Part shown: positions 1 to 11,078 of the stretch, piece by piece
Layout of the letters: every line of letters begins with the position of its first letter
Numbering within the stretch: the first letter of the stretch is position 1
NCBI GenBank assembly: GCA_965116025.1
Contig: OZ220480.1
Span: forward strand, 1,152,001-1,216,000
From: an uncultured candidatus Porisulfidus sp.
Lineage (GTDB): Bacteria > Pseudomonadota > Gammaproteobacteria > Poriferisulfidales > Poriferisulfidaceae
Direction of reading: 5' to 3'
DNA length: 64,000 bases
Program-made: the position numbers and the translations under genes
The notes under the pieces: generated by a model
Told to the model about the DNA's origin: nothing
What the model saw: the letters and a program-made list of their open reading frames with translations, nothing else
The model's database searches: none

Positions 1-2098
1 CCCCCGGCGCCGCCGTCGGCGTCGCCTTCACCTCGTTCGACCAGACCGACCTAAGGGTCGACGCGCCACTGCCGGCACTGGCGTACAGCCGAAACGTGTA
101 TTCCGTCCCGTTCGTCAGACCCGATACCGTCGCGCTCGTCGCGCCGCCGTCCGAGACCGTCCCGGGCGTTGTCGCGCTCGGGCCCCAGACATCCGAACTC
201 TCCTTGTATTCGTAACCCCAGCTCGTGATCGTGAAACCCGGCAGCGCGTTCCAACTCAGCGTCACCTGGCCGTCGCCCGCCATCGCCACGAGACCGGCCG
301 GCTTCGCCGGACGCCCTCCCGCCACCGTCGCCGTCGGCGTCGCCGACTCCTGGTTCGACTGTGGGCCCGCGCCAGCGGAGTTCCTCGCCCGAACCCGAAA
401 CGTGTACTCCGCGTCGTTGTCCAGCCCCGTCACCGCGTGGCTCCGGGTCGTCGCCCCCGAGCCCGGAACGTCGGTCCATCCGCCCCAGCCGCCGCTTCCC
501 TTCCTTTGCCGGTATTGCCAAGCCGAGATCGTCGCGTCCTCCGGGTCGGTCCAGGACAAGGTCACCCGCCCGTCGCCCGCCGTCGCGGTGAGACCTTTCG
601 GCTTGGCGGGCTTGCTCGAGAGCGTGGGATCGACCAGCGTCCCGTCCGCTTCCACGTCGTCCCCGACCGCGTACCCCGGACCGTCCTCCAGCGCGATCCG
701 GTAGTCCTGATTGGTCTCCGCCTCCGAATCCAGCACCGTCTCGATCATCACCGTCGCCGTCATGACCATGCTCGTCCCGAACTCCGCGACGAAGTTCCTC
801 AGACCCAGCGCGCCCTCGATATCGGCCGCGTCGAAACTGCTGGAACCCCCCCGGGCCGCCAGCCGCAAGCGCACCGTGAGGTCGCCCGTCCGTGCCTTGT
901 CCGACGTGATCGTCAGGCTGATATTCTCCCCCTCCGTCGCGTCAGCCGGATCGGTCAGCAGCTGCAGCGTCGGCGTCACGTCCGACACCTCCACCTCCAC
1001 GGAGTCGACGCTCAGCGAGGAGCCGTAGGCCGCGTCCCCGCTGGACGCCGCGTGCGTCAGCTCCACGTTCTCGTCGTCCGCGTTCTCGTCCGCCGCCGCC
1101 GACACCGTCACCGTCTGGGCCACGCCGTAATCGCCGGTGGTGAACGTCAAGCTCGAAGGCGAGGCCGTCACCCCATCCCCGGCCCCGCCCACCGTCACCG
1201 TCACCGCCGCCGCTGGCTTCGTGTCCAGCTTCACCGTGTACGTCCTGCTCTCGCCCTCGCCCAGCATCAGCAACGTCGGCGAGACCGTCACGCCGAGGGG
1301 CAGGGTAGCCGTCGCCTCGAAGGAACGGGGTCTCGCAAACGTGAGCCCCGCGCCGGGCAGAGTATCCGCGCGTATGACATAGAAGGTGTACGTGGCGCCG
1401 TTGGTAAGACCCGTCACGGTGTGTGTTCGAATCGCCGTACCGCCGGGAATTGGCTGATGGTCGCCGTAGGCGCCATCGCCCTCCTTCTGCCGGTACGCCC
1501 ACCGTTCGAAACCCGAGGAGCCCGTGTAGGTCCAAGCTAATGTCACCTGCCCATCGCCCGCCGTGGCGGTCAGGGGCGGGCTCGAGGTGCCGGTCGGCGT
1601 CGCCGTCTTTTCCGTGATCGCGCCCTTGACGCCGTTTTTCACGGCGCGCAGCCTGACGGTGTAAAGCAGACCAGCGTGCGCGTTCTGGATATTCAGGAAT
1701 TTAACAGTAGTGGTGAAAGTCGGGATGGAGATCCAGTCTCCATAACTGCCCGTTCCGAACTTGTACTGATATTCCCAGCCGGTGACGCCGGCTATTTGGT
1801 TCCATCGCAATTGCACTGTATAGTCGCCCGACGTGAGGCTCAGCGTCGGCGCGGCGGGCTGTTGCTGCGCCCGCGCGTCCTGCGGCGCGAGAGCGGCGGC
1901 GAGGGTCAGCAGAAGAGTAGCGGCGCATGCCGCTGTCAGGCGTCGGGCGACCCTCCAGATGCCGCGCGCCGGCTCAGGCTCGCGCGCGGACACGAGATAT
2001 AGGGGGGGGGGGGGGGGGGGGGCGAGCGAAGCCAGAGCGCCAGCGCGCTTCCTGGCGACGATGTTCCGCATTGCGAATTCGTCCGTCATCATGCTCAT
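1..2098 (-). CDS. Large secreted/surface fibronectin type III repeat protein, 5' part only (runs off the left edge)
   Basis: Not in the ORF track because it has no stop in the window. My translation from ATG 2098 (AGGAAG RBS) gives MSMMTDEFAMRNIVARKRAGALASLAPPPPPPLYLV..., a signal-peptide-like segment (TLLLTLAAALAPQDARA-Q), then FN3 motifs (VQLRW..WEYQYK..LLYTVRLRAVK; VSGLTNGTEYTFRL..SNEVKATP). The frame at both ends is consistent. Confidence 0.85.
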   Translation of the reverse strand, partial: MSMMTDEFAMRNIVARKRAGALASLAPPPPPPLYLVSAREPEPARGIWRVARRLTAACAATLLLTLAAALAPQDARAQQQPAAPTLSLTSGDYTVQLRWNQIAGVTGWEYQYKFGTGSYGDWISIPTFTTTVKFLNIQNAHAGLLYTVRLRAVKNGVKGAITEKTATPTGTSSPPLTATAGDGQVTLAWTYTGSSGFERWAYRQKEGDGAYGDHQPIPGGTAIRTHTVTGLTNGATYTFYVIRADTLPGAGLTFARPRSFEATATLPLGVTVSPTLLMLGEGESRTYTVKLDTKPAAAVTVTVGGAGDGVTASPSSLTFTTGDYGVAQTVTVSAAADENADDENVELTHAASSGDAAYGSSLSVDSVEVEVSDVTPTLQLLTDPADATEGENISLTITSDKARTGDLTVRLRLAARGGSSSFDAADIEGALGLRNFVAEFGTSMVMTATVMIETVLDSEAETNQDYRIALEDGPGYAVGDDVEADGTLVDPTLSSKPAKPKGLTATAGDGRVTLSWTDPEDATISAWQYRQRKGSGGWGGWTDVPGSGATTRSHAVTGLDNDAEYTFRVRARNSAGAGPQSNQESATPTATVAGGRPAKPAGLVAMAGDGQVTLSWNALPGFTITSWGYEYKESSDVWGPSATTPGTVSDGGATSATVSGLTNGTEYTFRLYASAGSGASTLRSVWSNEVKATPTAAPG
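2002..2022. repeat. G21 homopolymer (C21 on the coding strand) within the 5' end of the FN3 gene
   Basis: 21 consecutive G counted directly; encodes the A-PPPPPP-L stretch in frame. Confidence 0.9.
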
Positions 2099-2157
2099 GG
2101 CTTCCTGTTCGTCACGGACTTCCGTCGCCAAACGCCGAGCGGCAGTCTCGCCAATGA

Positions 2158-2166
2158 ATTGTAGCA
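2158..2166 (-). promoter_or_regulatory. Putative extended -10 promoter (TGcTACAAT) for the FN3 gene
   Basis: TGnTACAAT about 60 nt upstream of ATG 2098. Confidence 0.4.
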
Positions 2167-2387
2167 GAATGAATCCGCTCGCCCAGGCCCTTTTTCAGGC
2201 GCCGAGGGGGGGGTCAGGGCGTGTCGTCGTGGGATGGGCGCGAGGGGTCCGCAGCAGCGCTCAGTTGACGAACTCCACGTCCTCTTTCGAGAACCGCGAC
2301 TCCACATCGCGCGCGTGGCGAACGATCTGGGCCGCAAGCCGCAGGCAGCGCCGTCGCGGCGGGTATGATGGGCGTGGGAATCGGCGC

Positions 2388-3119
2388 ATGTGGCGAAAGG
2401 CGACAGAGGAAGGGCAGGATCATATCGAATATGATCCCAAGTGGATTTCCCGAGCGTCGCCCGATCTGTTCGATCCGCGCTACCTGGAGGCGCGAGGCAT
2501 GCTGTCGAGCGTTAGCGGGGGTCGGGGCACGGTCCGACTGTTCTCTTATGAGGATAGGTTGTACGCCTTGCGGCACTACTACCGGGGCGGTTGCATGGCG
2601 CGTCCCTTGGGAGATCGCTATTTGTGGACCGGCCCGTATCGGTCGCGTCCGGCGCGTGAGGCGCGGCTTCTGCGCCATCTGGCGAGACAGGGCTTGCCCG
2701 TGCCCCACCCGGTCGCTTGGCGGGTGGTCCATGATCGCCTTGTGTATCGCGCCGACTTGATCGTCACCGGGATCGCGAGCGCTAGCTCCCTCACCGAGCG
2801 CTTGCGCGAGCGGGCCATACCGGTGGAAGCATGGGAAGACCTCGGCGCGTCGTTGCGGCGGTTTCATAACCTGCAGGTTTGGCACGCCGATCTCAATCTC
2901 GGCAACATCATGATCGATGCCAAGAGTCGGTTTTTCCTGATCGACTTCGACCGATGCCGGATTTTATCCGGAGATTTCTGGAAGCGGAGCAATCTCCGGC
3001 GCCTTCACCGGTCGTGCCTCAAGGAACGGTCGAGGAATCCAGGGTTTCGTTTCCGGGATCAGGATTTTGACGCTTTGTTGCGGGGATACGCCCGAGGGTG
3101 GGCGCGGTCCGATTTGTAG
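2388..3119 (+). CDS. kdkA: 3-deoxy-D-manno-octulosonic acid (Kdo) kinase
   Basis: GGRGTV, LRHYYRGG, HADLNLGNI, LIDFDR and NLRRLHRS motifs; adjacent to waaA; start placed at MWRK. Confidence 0.88.
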   Translation: MWRKATEEGQDHIEYDPKWISRASPDLFDPRYLEARGMLSSVSGGRGTVRLFSYEDRLYALRHYYRGGCMARPLGDRYLWTGPYRSRPAREARLLRHLARQGLPVPHPVAWRVVHDRLVYRADLIVTGIASASSLTERLRERAIPVEAWEDLGASLRRFHNLQVWHADLNLGNIMIDAKSRFFLIDFDRCRILSGDFWKRSNLRRLHRSCLKERSRNPGFRFRDQDFDALLRGYARGWARSDL

Positions 3120-3316
3120 CGGGAGGACTCTGCCTGAGGTCTTGTGGGCGATTCAGTGTCGCGTCACGGGAGGCATGATGGCGAGAATCACGACGCGCTG
3201 AAGGCGCGGTTCGAGAAGCGCGGGTCAAATTCCAGCCGTTCTCGCCGGAAGCCGTCTTGGCGCCGCGGGGGTTATGGAGGAGGGAAGCGAGGCCGATTCT
3301 TTCGCCCGGTGGGCGT

Positions 3317-4597
3317 TCAGTCCAAAACGGAATGGCGGCGTAAGGCCTCGATATAGCGCGGAATCAGCTGGCCGCCCTCCCGGCTCCGCGCCCGCGCCCG
3401 CTCGCCGATCCGCTGGGCTTCCCGCGGGCGCTCGAGCCATCGGGAAAAAATCTGGCCCAGCTCATCGATGTCACGCGCTTGCCGCAGTCCGTCGCAGGCC
3501 AAGAGCTCCCGAACTTCCGCTTCGAAATGATCCGTGTGGGGCCCGACCGAGCAGGCCTTGCCGAGCATCGCGGGCTCCATCACGTTGTGCCCCCCGCGCG
3601 GAACCAGGGAGCCTCCTACGAACACGAAAGCGGCATGCCGGATCCACCACGGCGCCTCGCCCAGGGTGTTGGCGAGATAGATTTGGTCGCCGTCGCGAGG
3701 CTGCCGGTCGCGGGTGTGCAGTCCAACCCGAAAGCCGAGCTCCTCTAGCCGTTTCAGGATGTCTGGGGCGCGATCTGGATAGCGCGGCATCAGCGCCAGC
3801 AGCTGGCCTCGGGAGTCGAGCGTCTTCCAGAGTCGGGCGATCGCTTCCTCCTCGCCCTTGTGCGTGGAAACGGCCAGGACGTAAGGGCGGTGGATCGGGG
3901 CGCCGTCGGGGAGGTCGTCGACGCTCGCCGCGAGTTTGATATTCCCTAGATTCTCGATTCGCTCGGGTGACGCGCCCAAGGCGGCGAAACGCTTGGCATC
4001 CTCGTCGCCGCGCGCCAAGATGCAGCGCGGCTGGCGGGCCGCTTGGCGTAAAGCGGAGCGGAGCGGAAAAGGAGGAGTTCGCGTTCGCCGCGACAGACGG
4101 GCGTTCACCAGCGCCATGGGGATGTCCAGCCGTCGCGCGGCGCGAAAGAAATTCGGCCACAGCTCGGTCTCCAGGATCAGGATGGCCTCAGGCGCCAGAC
4201 GCTTGAGCCATCGCCGGACGACCGACGGGTGGTCGAGCGGAAAATACACGCAAGGAAGCCCGCGCATTAGCGCGCGCGCCATGCGTCGTCCGGTCGGCGT
4301 CGTGACGCTGACGAGAAGATTCCGTCCGCTTTCCCGCAACGCGCGAGCGAGGGGAAGCGCCGCGCGCACTTCGCCAACCGAGCAGCAATGCAGACAGATT
4401 CTGCCTTTCAGGTCGTTGGGCAGCTTTCGCGCGTAGCGCTGTGCCAGGTACTTCCCGCCGCCGTCGCGCGCGGCGCGCGCGAGGGTGTACAGAAGGGCGG
4501 GGAGGACGGCGGCGAAGGCCAGCGCGCGATAGATGAGAGGGACGGAGCGCCCCGGCTCTGGCTTCAAGGCGCTCAGTCGAGCAGGCCGTTGACCCAC
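3317..4597 (-). CDS. waaA: Kdo transferase (exact start uncertain)
   Basis: HCCSVGEV, ETELWPN, NARLS, GGHNVMEPA motifs. Confidence 0.92.
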   Translation of the reverse strand: MGQRPARLSALKPEPGRSVPLIYRALAFAAVLPALLYTLARAARDGGGKYLAQRYARKLPNDLKGRICLHCCSVGEVRAALPLARALRESGRNLLVSVTTPTGRRMARALMRGLPCVYFPLDHPSVVRRWLKRLAPEAILILETELWPNFFRAARRLDIPMALVNARLSRRTRTPPFPLRSALRQAARQPRCILARGDEDAKRFAALGASPERIENLGNIKLAASVDDLPDGAPIHRPYVLAVSTHKGEEEAIARLWKTLDSRGQLLALMPRYPDRAPDILKRLEELGFRVGLHTRDRQPRDGDQIYLANTLGEAPWWIRHAAFVFVGGSLVPRGGHNVMEPAMLGKACSVGPHTDHFEAEVRELLACDGLRQARDIDELGQIFSRWLERPREAQRIGERARARSREGGQLIPRYIEALRRHSVLD

Positions 4598-5913
4598 TCG
4601 ACGTCTTCCACGCTGAGCTGGCCGGTGGCGTGGCGCAGGCGCAGCGTGTCGATGATGTAGTCGTAGCGGGAGCGAGAGTAGTCCCGCTCGGCGGCGTAGA
4701 GCCGGCTGGTCGCCTGCACCACGTCGACCGTGTCGCGCGTGCCCGCCTCCAGGCCCGCTTGGTGCGCCTCCAGATCCACCCGAGCGGATTCGAGCGCGCG
4801 CTCGAACGCGCTCACCCGCGAGGTCCCGGCCGTGACGTCGCGGTAGGCGGAGCGCGCCACCCTCTCGATTTCCCGCCGCGTGGCCAAAAGCTCAGCCTGG
4901 GCCGCCTCTCGCTCGAAGATGGCTTGGCGGGTGCGGTAATACGTCGTGCCCCCCGCCAGCAGGGGGATCCTCAGTCGAAGCGAGATTCGGTCGGTTTTCT
5001 GCGTGTTCCCTCCCGGGATGAACACGCCGCCGGTGTCCGTGGAGTCCTCCAGAGACGCCATCAGGTCCAGGGTCGGCCAGTGCTTCGCCTCCTCGAAGCG
5101 CACGGAATGCTTGGCGACGCTCACCGCATGTTTCTGAATCAGGTAGTCCAGGTTGTGCAGTAGCGCCGCGTCGGCCCACTCTTGGATGTTGGCGGGTTCC
5201 GGGGCGGTCGGGCGAAGCCGCTCCGACAGGGAGGACAGGAGCTCGTGCGGGTGCGCCGTGAGCGTCGTCATGACCTCCAATTGGTTCTCCAGGTCGTTCT
5301 GGGCCTCAATCTCCCGGGCGACCGCCAGATCGTGGGACGCTTGGGTTTCCTTGACTTCGACGATCGCCGCGAGTCCGACCTCGAAGCGGGCTTTGGCTTG
5401 CTCCAGCTGCAGGGCGATGGCGTCTTTCTCCTTGCGGGAGAACAGCACGGCGTCTTGCGCGGCCAGAACGTCGAAATAAGCTTCCGCCGTCCGCATGATC
5501 AGCCACTGCCGGACCGCGTCGCGTCGCGCCAGCGCTCGGGCCGTGTTGGCCTCGGCGCGGTCCAGCTCGACATACAGGTCGTGGTGGTACAGCGTCTGCG
5601 TCAGGGTCAGCCGCTCGCGCTGGTTCGTATAGCGGTCGCGGCCGCCGCCGCGCGTCGCCGCGTAGACCCTTTGGGTCGATTGCCGAATCTCGGTGAGGTT
5701 GTACTCGAGACCGATGTGCGGCAACCAGTTCGCCCGAGCGATGTTATCTCCTTGTGCGACCGCCTGGAAGCGGGCCTCGGCGATCTGCAGCTCGGCATCG
5801 TTCTGCTGGGCGAGCAGATAGACGTCGAGCAGCTTTTCGGCGGCGTGGGCGGTCCCGGTCAGGACGCACGCGAGGACGAACGCGATGTTTCGTAGAGTTG
5901 GCATTTGGTTCAT
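4573..5913 (-). CDS. tolC: TolC family outer membrane channel
   Basis: Signal peptide, AEAYFDVLAAQD, ARFEVGL, GTRDTVDV, RYDYII; in the pcm-rhodanese-tolC-waaA arrangement. Confidence 0.88.
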   Translation of the reverse strand: MNQMPTLRNIAFVLACVLTGTAHAAEKLLDVYLLAQQNDAELQIAEARFQAVAQGDNIARANWLPHIGLEYNLTEIRQSTQRVYAATRGGGRDRYTNQRERLTLTQTLYHHDLYVELDRAEANTARALARRDAVRQWLIMRTAEAYFDVLAAQDAVLFSRKEKDAIALQLEQAKARFEVGLAAIVEVKETQASHDLAVAREIEAQNDLENQLEVMTTLTAHPHELLSSLSERLRPTAPEPANIQEWADAALLHNLDYLIQKHAVSVAKHSVRFEEAKHWPTLDLMASLEDSTDTGGVFIPGGNTQKTDRISLRLRIPLLAGGTTYYRTRQAIFEREAAQAELLATRREIERVARSAYRDVTAGTSRVSAFERALESARVDLEAHQAGLEAGTRDTVDVVQATSRLYAAERDYSRSRYDYIIDTLRLRHATGQLSVEDVEWVNGLLD

Positions 5914-5918
5914 TGGTA

Positions 5919-6242
5919 TTAGTATGTGGGACAGTTCGGATCGATCTCGCGCGCCCAGGCATCGATGCCTCCGCTCAGGTTCAGCACCCGGGAGAATCGC
6001 ATGCGCCGCTCGAGAAACAGGCAGACCGAGCGGCTGCGGACGCCGTGGTGGCACAGCACCACGGTCTCCCGATCGGGGTCCAGCTCCGGCAATCGGGCCG
6101 TCAGCTCCCTCATGGGGATGCGGTGGCTGCGCGGCAGACTCGCGCGCTCGATTTCCCAGGGCTCGCGGATATCCAGAAGCAACGGTGGCGGGGCGTCCGA
6201 GTCTAAGCGTCGCCGAAGCTCGGCGGGAGAGATCTCTCGCAT
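5919..6242 (-). CDS. Rhodanese-like domain protein
   Basis: LLDIREPWE, CHHGVRS, NLSGGIDAW. Confidence 0.88.
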   Translation of the reverse strand: MREISPAELRRRLDSDAPPPLLLDIREPWEIERASLPRSHRIPMRELTARLPELDPDRETVVLCHHGVRSRSVCLFLERRMRFSRVLNLSGGIDAWAREIDPNCPTY

Positions 6243-6244
6243 GG

Positions 6245-6919
6245 CTAGCCGATGGCGGATGGAGGGGCGATGGGATCCAGATCCAGCTCGAACAGGCGCT
6301 TCTGATACGTTTTGCCGGGCGAATGCTGCCGGACCAGACGGGCCTCCATCACGGGAGGGCGCCCGACCACGACGAACAGGCGCCCCTCGGGCTTCAGCCA
6401 TCGCTCGAAATGGGGGTCATAGTCTGGCATTGACGCGGTGATCGAGACCGCATCATAGCGGATATCCGTCTGGTAGGACCAAGCGTTCATGGCGCGCGTG
6501 GAAACCCAGGGGGATTCCGATTCCCCGACTTGGCCGGGCTCGCCGTTCCACGGGGTCGAGGCGAGCGCCTTTCCCGCGGCTTCCGCGAGCTCCGGATGAA
6601 GCTCGAGGCTGTCGACGCTGGCGCCGAGGTGGCGCATGCAGGCGGCCAGGAATCCCGACCCCGTTCCGACCTCCAGGATCCGCTCTCCTGGGCGTGGAGC
6701 GAGGGATTGCAGCAAGAGCCCCTGGTCGCGGGGCGACATCATGCGTTGCCCGCAAGGCAGGGGGATGGCCATGTCGGCGAACGCCTGGCCGGAATGCTCG
6801 GATGGGACGAACTTCTCCCGGGGAACGCGCAGGAACGCGTCCAGCGCGCGCGCGTCCAGCACGGAGCCTCCGCGCAGTTGCCGTTCCACCATGTTGTGGC
6901 GCGCGGTTTCGATGTTCAT
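6245..6919 (-). CDS. pcm: Protein-L-isoaspartate O-methyltransferase family protein
   Basis: ARHNMVERQLR, VPREKF, LEVGTGSG SAM-binding motif. Confidence 0.82.
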   Translation of the reverse strand: MNIETARHNMVERQLRGGSVLDARALDAFLRVPREKFVPSEHSGQAFADMAIPLPCGQRMMSPRDQGLLLQSLAPRPGERILEVGTGSGFLAACMRHLGASVDSLELHPELAEAAGKALASTPWNGEPGQVGESESPWVSTRAMNAWSYQTDIRYDAVSITASMPDYDPHFERWLKPEGRLFVVVGRPPVMEARLVRQHSPGKTYQKRLFELDLDPIAPPSAIG

Positions 6920-6990
6920 GGGCGAGGGGGATGGTCGAGCGCCTTCGAGGGCGCGTCATTTTACAAAGGTCGCGGAGTCGCCGCCGGCGG

Positions 6991-8892
<1,902 letters not shown>

Positions 8893-9083
8893 TTATACAA
8901 GCCGGAAGCGTTCCACCGGATGAGCGGGGCGCGAACTCTCTCCTGGATCTCTATGGAATCCCCGACGAGGAGGCGGGATTCGTCTCGTAGTCAGAGAGCG
9001 GTCCGCCCCGAGCGATGAGTCCGGGAAAGCCGGGCTCGCCTGTGCTACACTCTCAAACCCGGAATTCTCGCGAGGAAACGACG

Positions 9084-10151
9084 ATGGCGAGCAATCTGAA
9101 GCATATCCGTGGCGACTGGTCTCACGAAGTCCTGCGCGGCACCGCGGCTTCCGAGTATATCAACGGCGAGGGTGGTGACGACTATATCTTCGCCGGCGAC
9201 AGTTTTGACACGATCTGGGGCGGAAGTGGCGACGACTGGCTCTACGGTCAAGGAGGCAACGATGACCTGACGGGCGAATCGGGCGACGATAATCTCGCTG
9301 GCGGCAAAGGCAACGATTGGCTCAATGGTGGCGAAGGCGCCGACAGGTTCGCGTTCCGCCTCGGCGACGGCTTCGACTACATCTACGATCTGCAAGCGGA
9401 CGACACGATCGTGTTCGTCTGGGGCGACGGGGACGCTGGTCCCCTCAAGTTCACGGAACGGGATGGCGAGGCGGTCATCGTCTATGGCGATGGCGGCACC
9501 GACGATGGCTCCCTGAAAACCCTCTTCTATAGCGAGACCGACGAGAACGGGAAACTCTGTTACACCCGCGAGAAGGCGGTTGGTGGCGACGGAGGAGGCA
9601 CCGTCACGATCGGCGGAATGTCGCTGGCCGAATTCAAGGCCCTCGGCATGGGCATCACGGCCCATGGTGGCGATGGCGACAACACGCTGCACGGCACTTT
9701 CGGCCGCGATACGCTCCACGGCGGCAAGGGCGACGACAAGCTAAAGGGCAAAAGCGGCAATGATCGACTGCATGGCGAGGAGGGCGACGATAAATTGATG
9801 GGACATAAAGGAGACGATATGTTGGCCGGTGGTGGTGGCGACGATATCCTCAGGGGTGGCAGAGGCGACGATTTGCTCGCTGGCATGACTGGCGACGACA
9901 TGCTGTGGGGCGGCCGAGGTGCCGACCTGTTCTCGTTCCGCAAGGAGGACGGCGCCGACATCATTCGCGACTTCCAGGATGGCGACAAGATCCGCTTTGT
10001 CGAGGTCGGGCATGGGTACGATGGGCTGACGATCACCAACGACGCCAACGGCAACGCCGTGGTCACCTACGGAGGTGGCCAGGGCGGAACCATCACGTTG
10101 CTGAACGTTGATTCGGAGTCCCTGACCGAATCCGATTTTCTGTTCGCCTGA
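9084..10151 (+). CDS. RTX (hemolysin-type calcium-binding) repeat protein, likely T1SS substrate
   Basis: Many GGxGxDxL nonapeptides in two blocks, C-terminal ..LTESDFLFA, no Sec signal; GAGG RBS before ATG 9084. Confidence 0.88.
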   Translation: MASNLKHIRGDWSHEVLRGTAASEYINGEGGDDYIFAGDSFDTIWGGSGDDWLYGQGGNDDLTGESGDDNLAGGKGNDWLNGGEGADRFAFRLGDGFDYIYDLQADDTIVFVWGDGDAGPLKFTERDGEAVIVYGDGGTDDGSLKTLFYSETDENGKLCYTREKAVGGDGGGTVTIGGMSLAEFKALGMGITAHGGDGDNTLHGTFGRDTLHGGKGDDKLKGKSGNDRLHGEEGDDKLMGHKGDDMLAGGGGDDILRGGRGDDLLAGMTGDDMLWGGRGADLFSFRKEDGADIIRDFQDGDKIRFVEVGHGYDGLTITNDANGNAVVTYGGGQGGTITLLNVDSESLTESDFLFA

Positions 10152-10238
10152 GGCTCCGCGCCAGTCGGGGCGCTCGGTGGTACTTTTCGCTGGGCGTGAC
10201 CTTAGCGTTAGCGAATCGGTCTAGGGGTGCGCCGGCTC

Positions 10239-10262
10239 AGGGAGGGCGCGACGCTCCCTTTT
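10239..10262 (+). terminator. Putative intrinsic terminator after the RTX gene
   Basis: AGGGAG...CTCCCT stem followed by a short T run. Confidence 0.45.
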
Positions 10263-10290
10263 CGAGTCTCCAGAGAATCCGCCAATCCGA

Positions 10291-10461
10291 ATGGCTGGGG
10301 CGAGCAGCGGTTGGGACAAGCTGGCGAAAACCCTCAAGGCCGAAATTCATCCCGGCCTGATCAGGCTTATCGTGACATCCGTTCTCTCTTTATTCGCGCA
10401 CGCGGTCAAGATCGTGGGTGATCGAGACGTCGAGAGCTTGAAAATAGTGGAGCTGGAATGA
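10291..10461 (+). pseudogene. C-terminal remnant of a Type III RM Mod-like DNA methyltransferase
   Basis: Reads MAGASSGWDKLAKTLKAEI...AVKIVGDRDVESLKIVELE*, with AYRDIRSLF in a shifted frame. This resembles Mod C-termini as I recall them (WxKLAKTLKAEID..AYRGTVSLPF..AVKIVDDRGIESLK). Its TGA overlaps the next ATG. Confidence 0.6.
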
Positions 10462-10811
10462 TGGGCCAGTCGGTTGGAGATTTGCAGAGCGAGAACCGGG
10501 CGCTCGCGCGAATCAAGGTGTCCCAAGATGTGGTCGCGGAATTCTGCCAGCGTTGGAAGATCACGGAACTGTCTTTGTTTGGCTCGGTTCTACGCGAGGA
10601 TTTCGGCCGTGAAAGCGACATTGACGTTCTCGTTTCGTTCAAGCCTGGCAACGTTCCGGGACTGGGGTTCGTCAGCATGGCGGATGAGTTGGAAAGCCTG
10701 TTCGGACGGTCGGTGGATGTCCTTGCGAGGTCCGCGGTGGAGCGAAGCCAAAACCGTCTTCGTCGCAAGGAAATTCTGGGATCGGCCAAAGTCATCTATG
10801 CGGAAGAATGA
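10458..10811 (+). CDS. Minimal nucleotidyltransferase (MNT/MntA-type antitoxin)
   Basis: LFGSVLREDFGRESDIDVLV (GSx10DxD), LFGRSVDV. Confidence 0.88.
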   Translation: MMGQSVGDLQSENRALARIKVSQDVVAEFCQRWKITELSLFGSVLREDFGRESDIDVLVSFKPGNVPGLGFVSMADELESLFGRSVDVLARSAVERSQNRLRRKEILGSAKVIYAEE

Positions 10812-10893
10812 AGTCTACCTGCGCGATATGCTTGTCGCGTCCAGCAATGCTTTCGAATTCGCGCGAGGCATGACCTATGAGGCCCGAACGTGA
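10798..10893 (+). pseudogene. Truncated HEPN/DUF86 (HepT-type) toxin
   Basis: MRKNEVYLRDML...FARGMTYE is a typical DUF86 N-terminus overlapping the MNT end; it stops after 31 aa, before the RX4-6H motif. Confidence 0.72.
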
Positions 10894-10894
10894 G

Positions 10895-11030
10895 CGTGAT
10901 CGAGCCGAGTTCGATTGTCTTGACGAATGCGCGCGCGCCGTCAACGCGCAGGGTGGATTTGGCCGCTGGGACCGGCTGATATCGGGAGGATCAGACGAAA
11001 CGCGGGATATTCTCGCGACGCGCGCCGGCC
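10895..11030 (+). pseudogene. C-terminal remnant of a Type III RM Res-like subunit
   Basis: LDECARAVNAQGGFGRWD...TRDILA resembles Res C-termini as I recall them (LDEWVxAVNxHGGFGRW..DIL). Confidence 0.5.
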
Positions 11031-11078
11031 AGCGAGTCGCCATCTTGAATGATCAAGAAATCGAAAGCTACCCTCGAA

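Noticed and set aside
2260-2340. Protein-like minus-strand fragment ending ..VESRFSKEDVEFVN*
   Set aside because: No start codon and no recognisable family
1833-2387. N-terminal extension of the kdkA ORF containing poly-Gly
   Set aside because: It is the antisense shadow of the FN3 gene; KdkA similarity begins near 2388
3170-3230. GGAGG-ATG followed by MMARITTR*, with DALKAR in another frame (possible antitoxin relic)
   Set aside because: Too short to support
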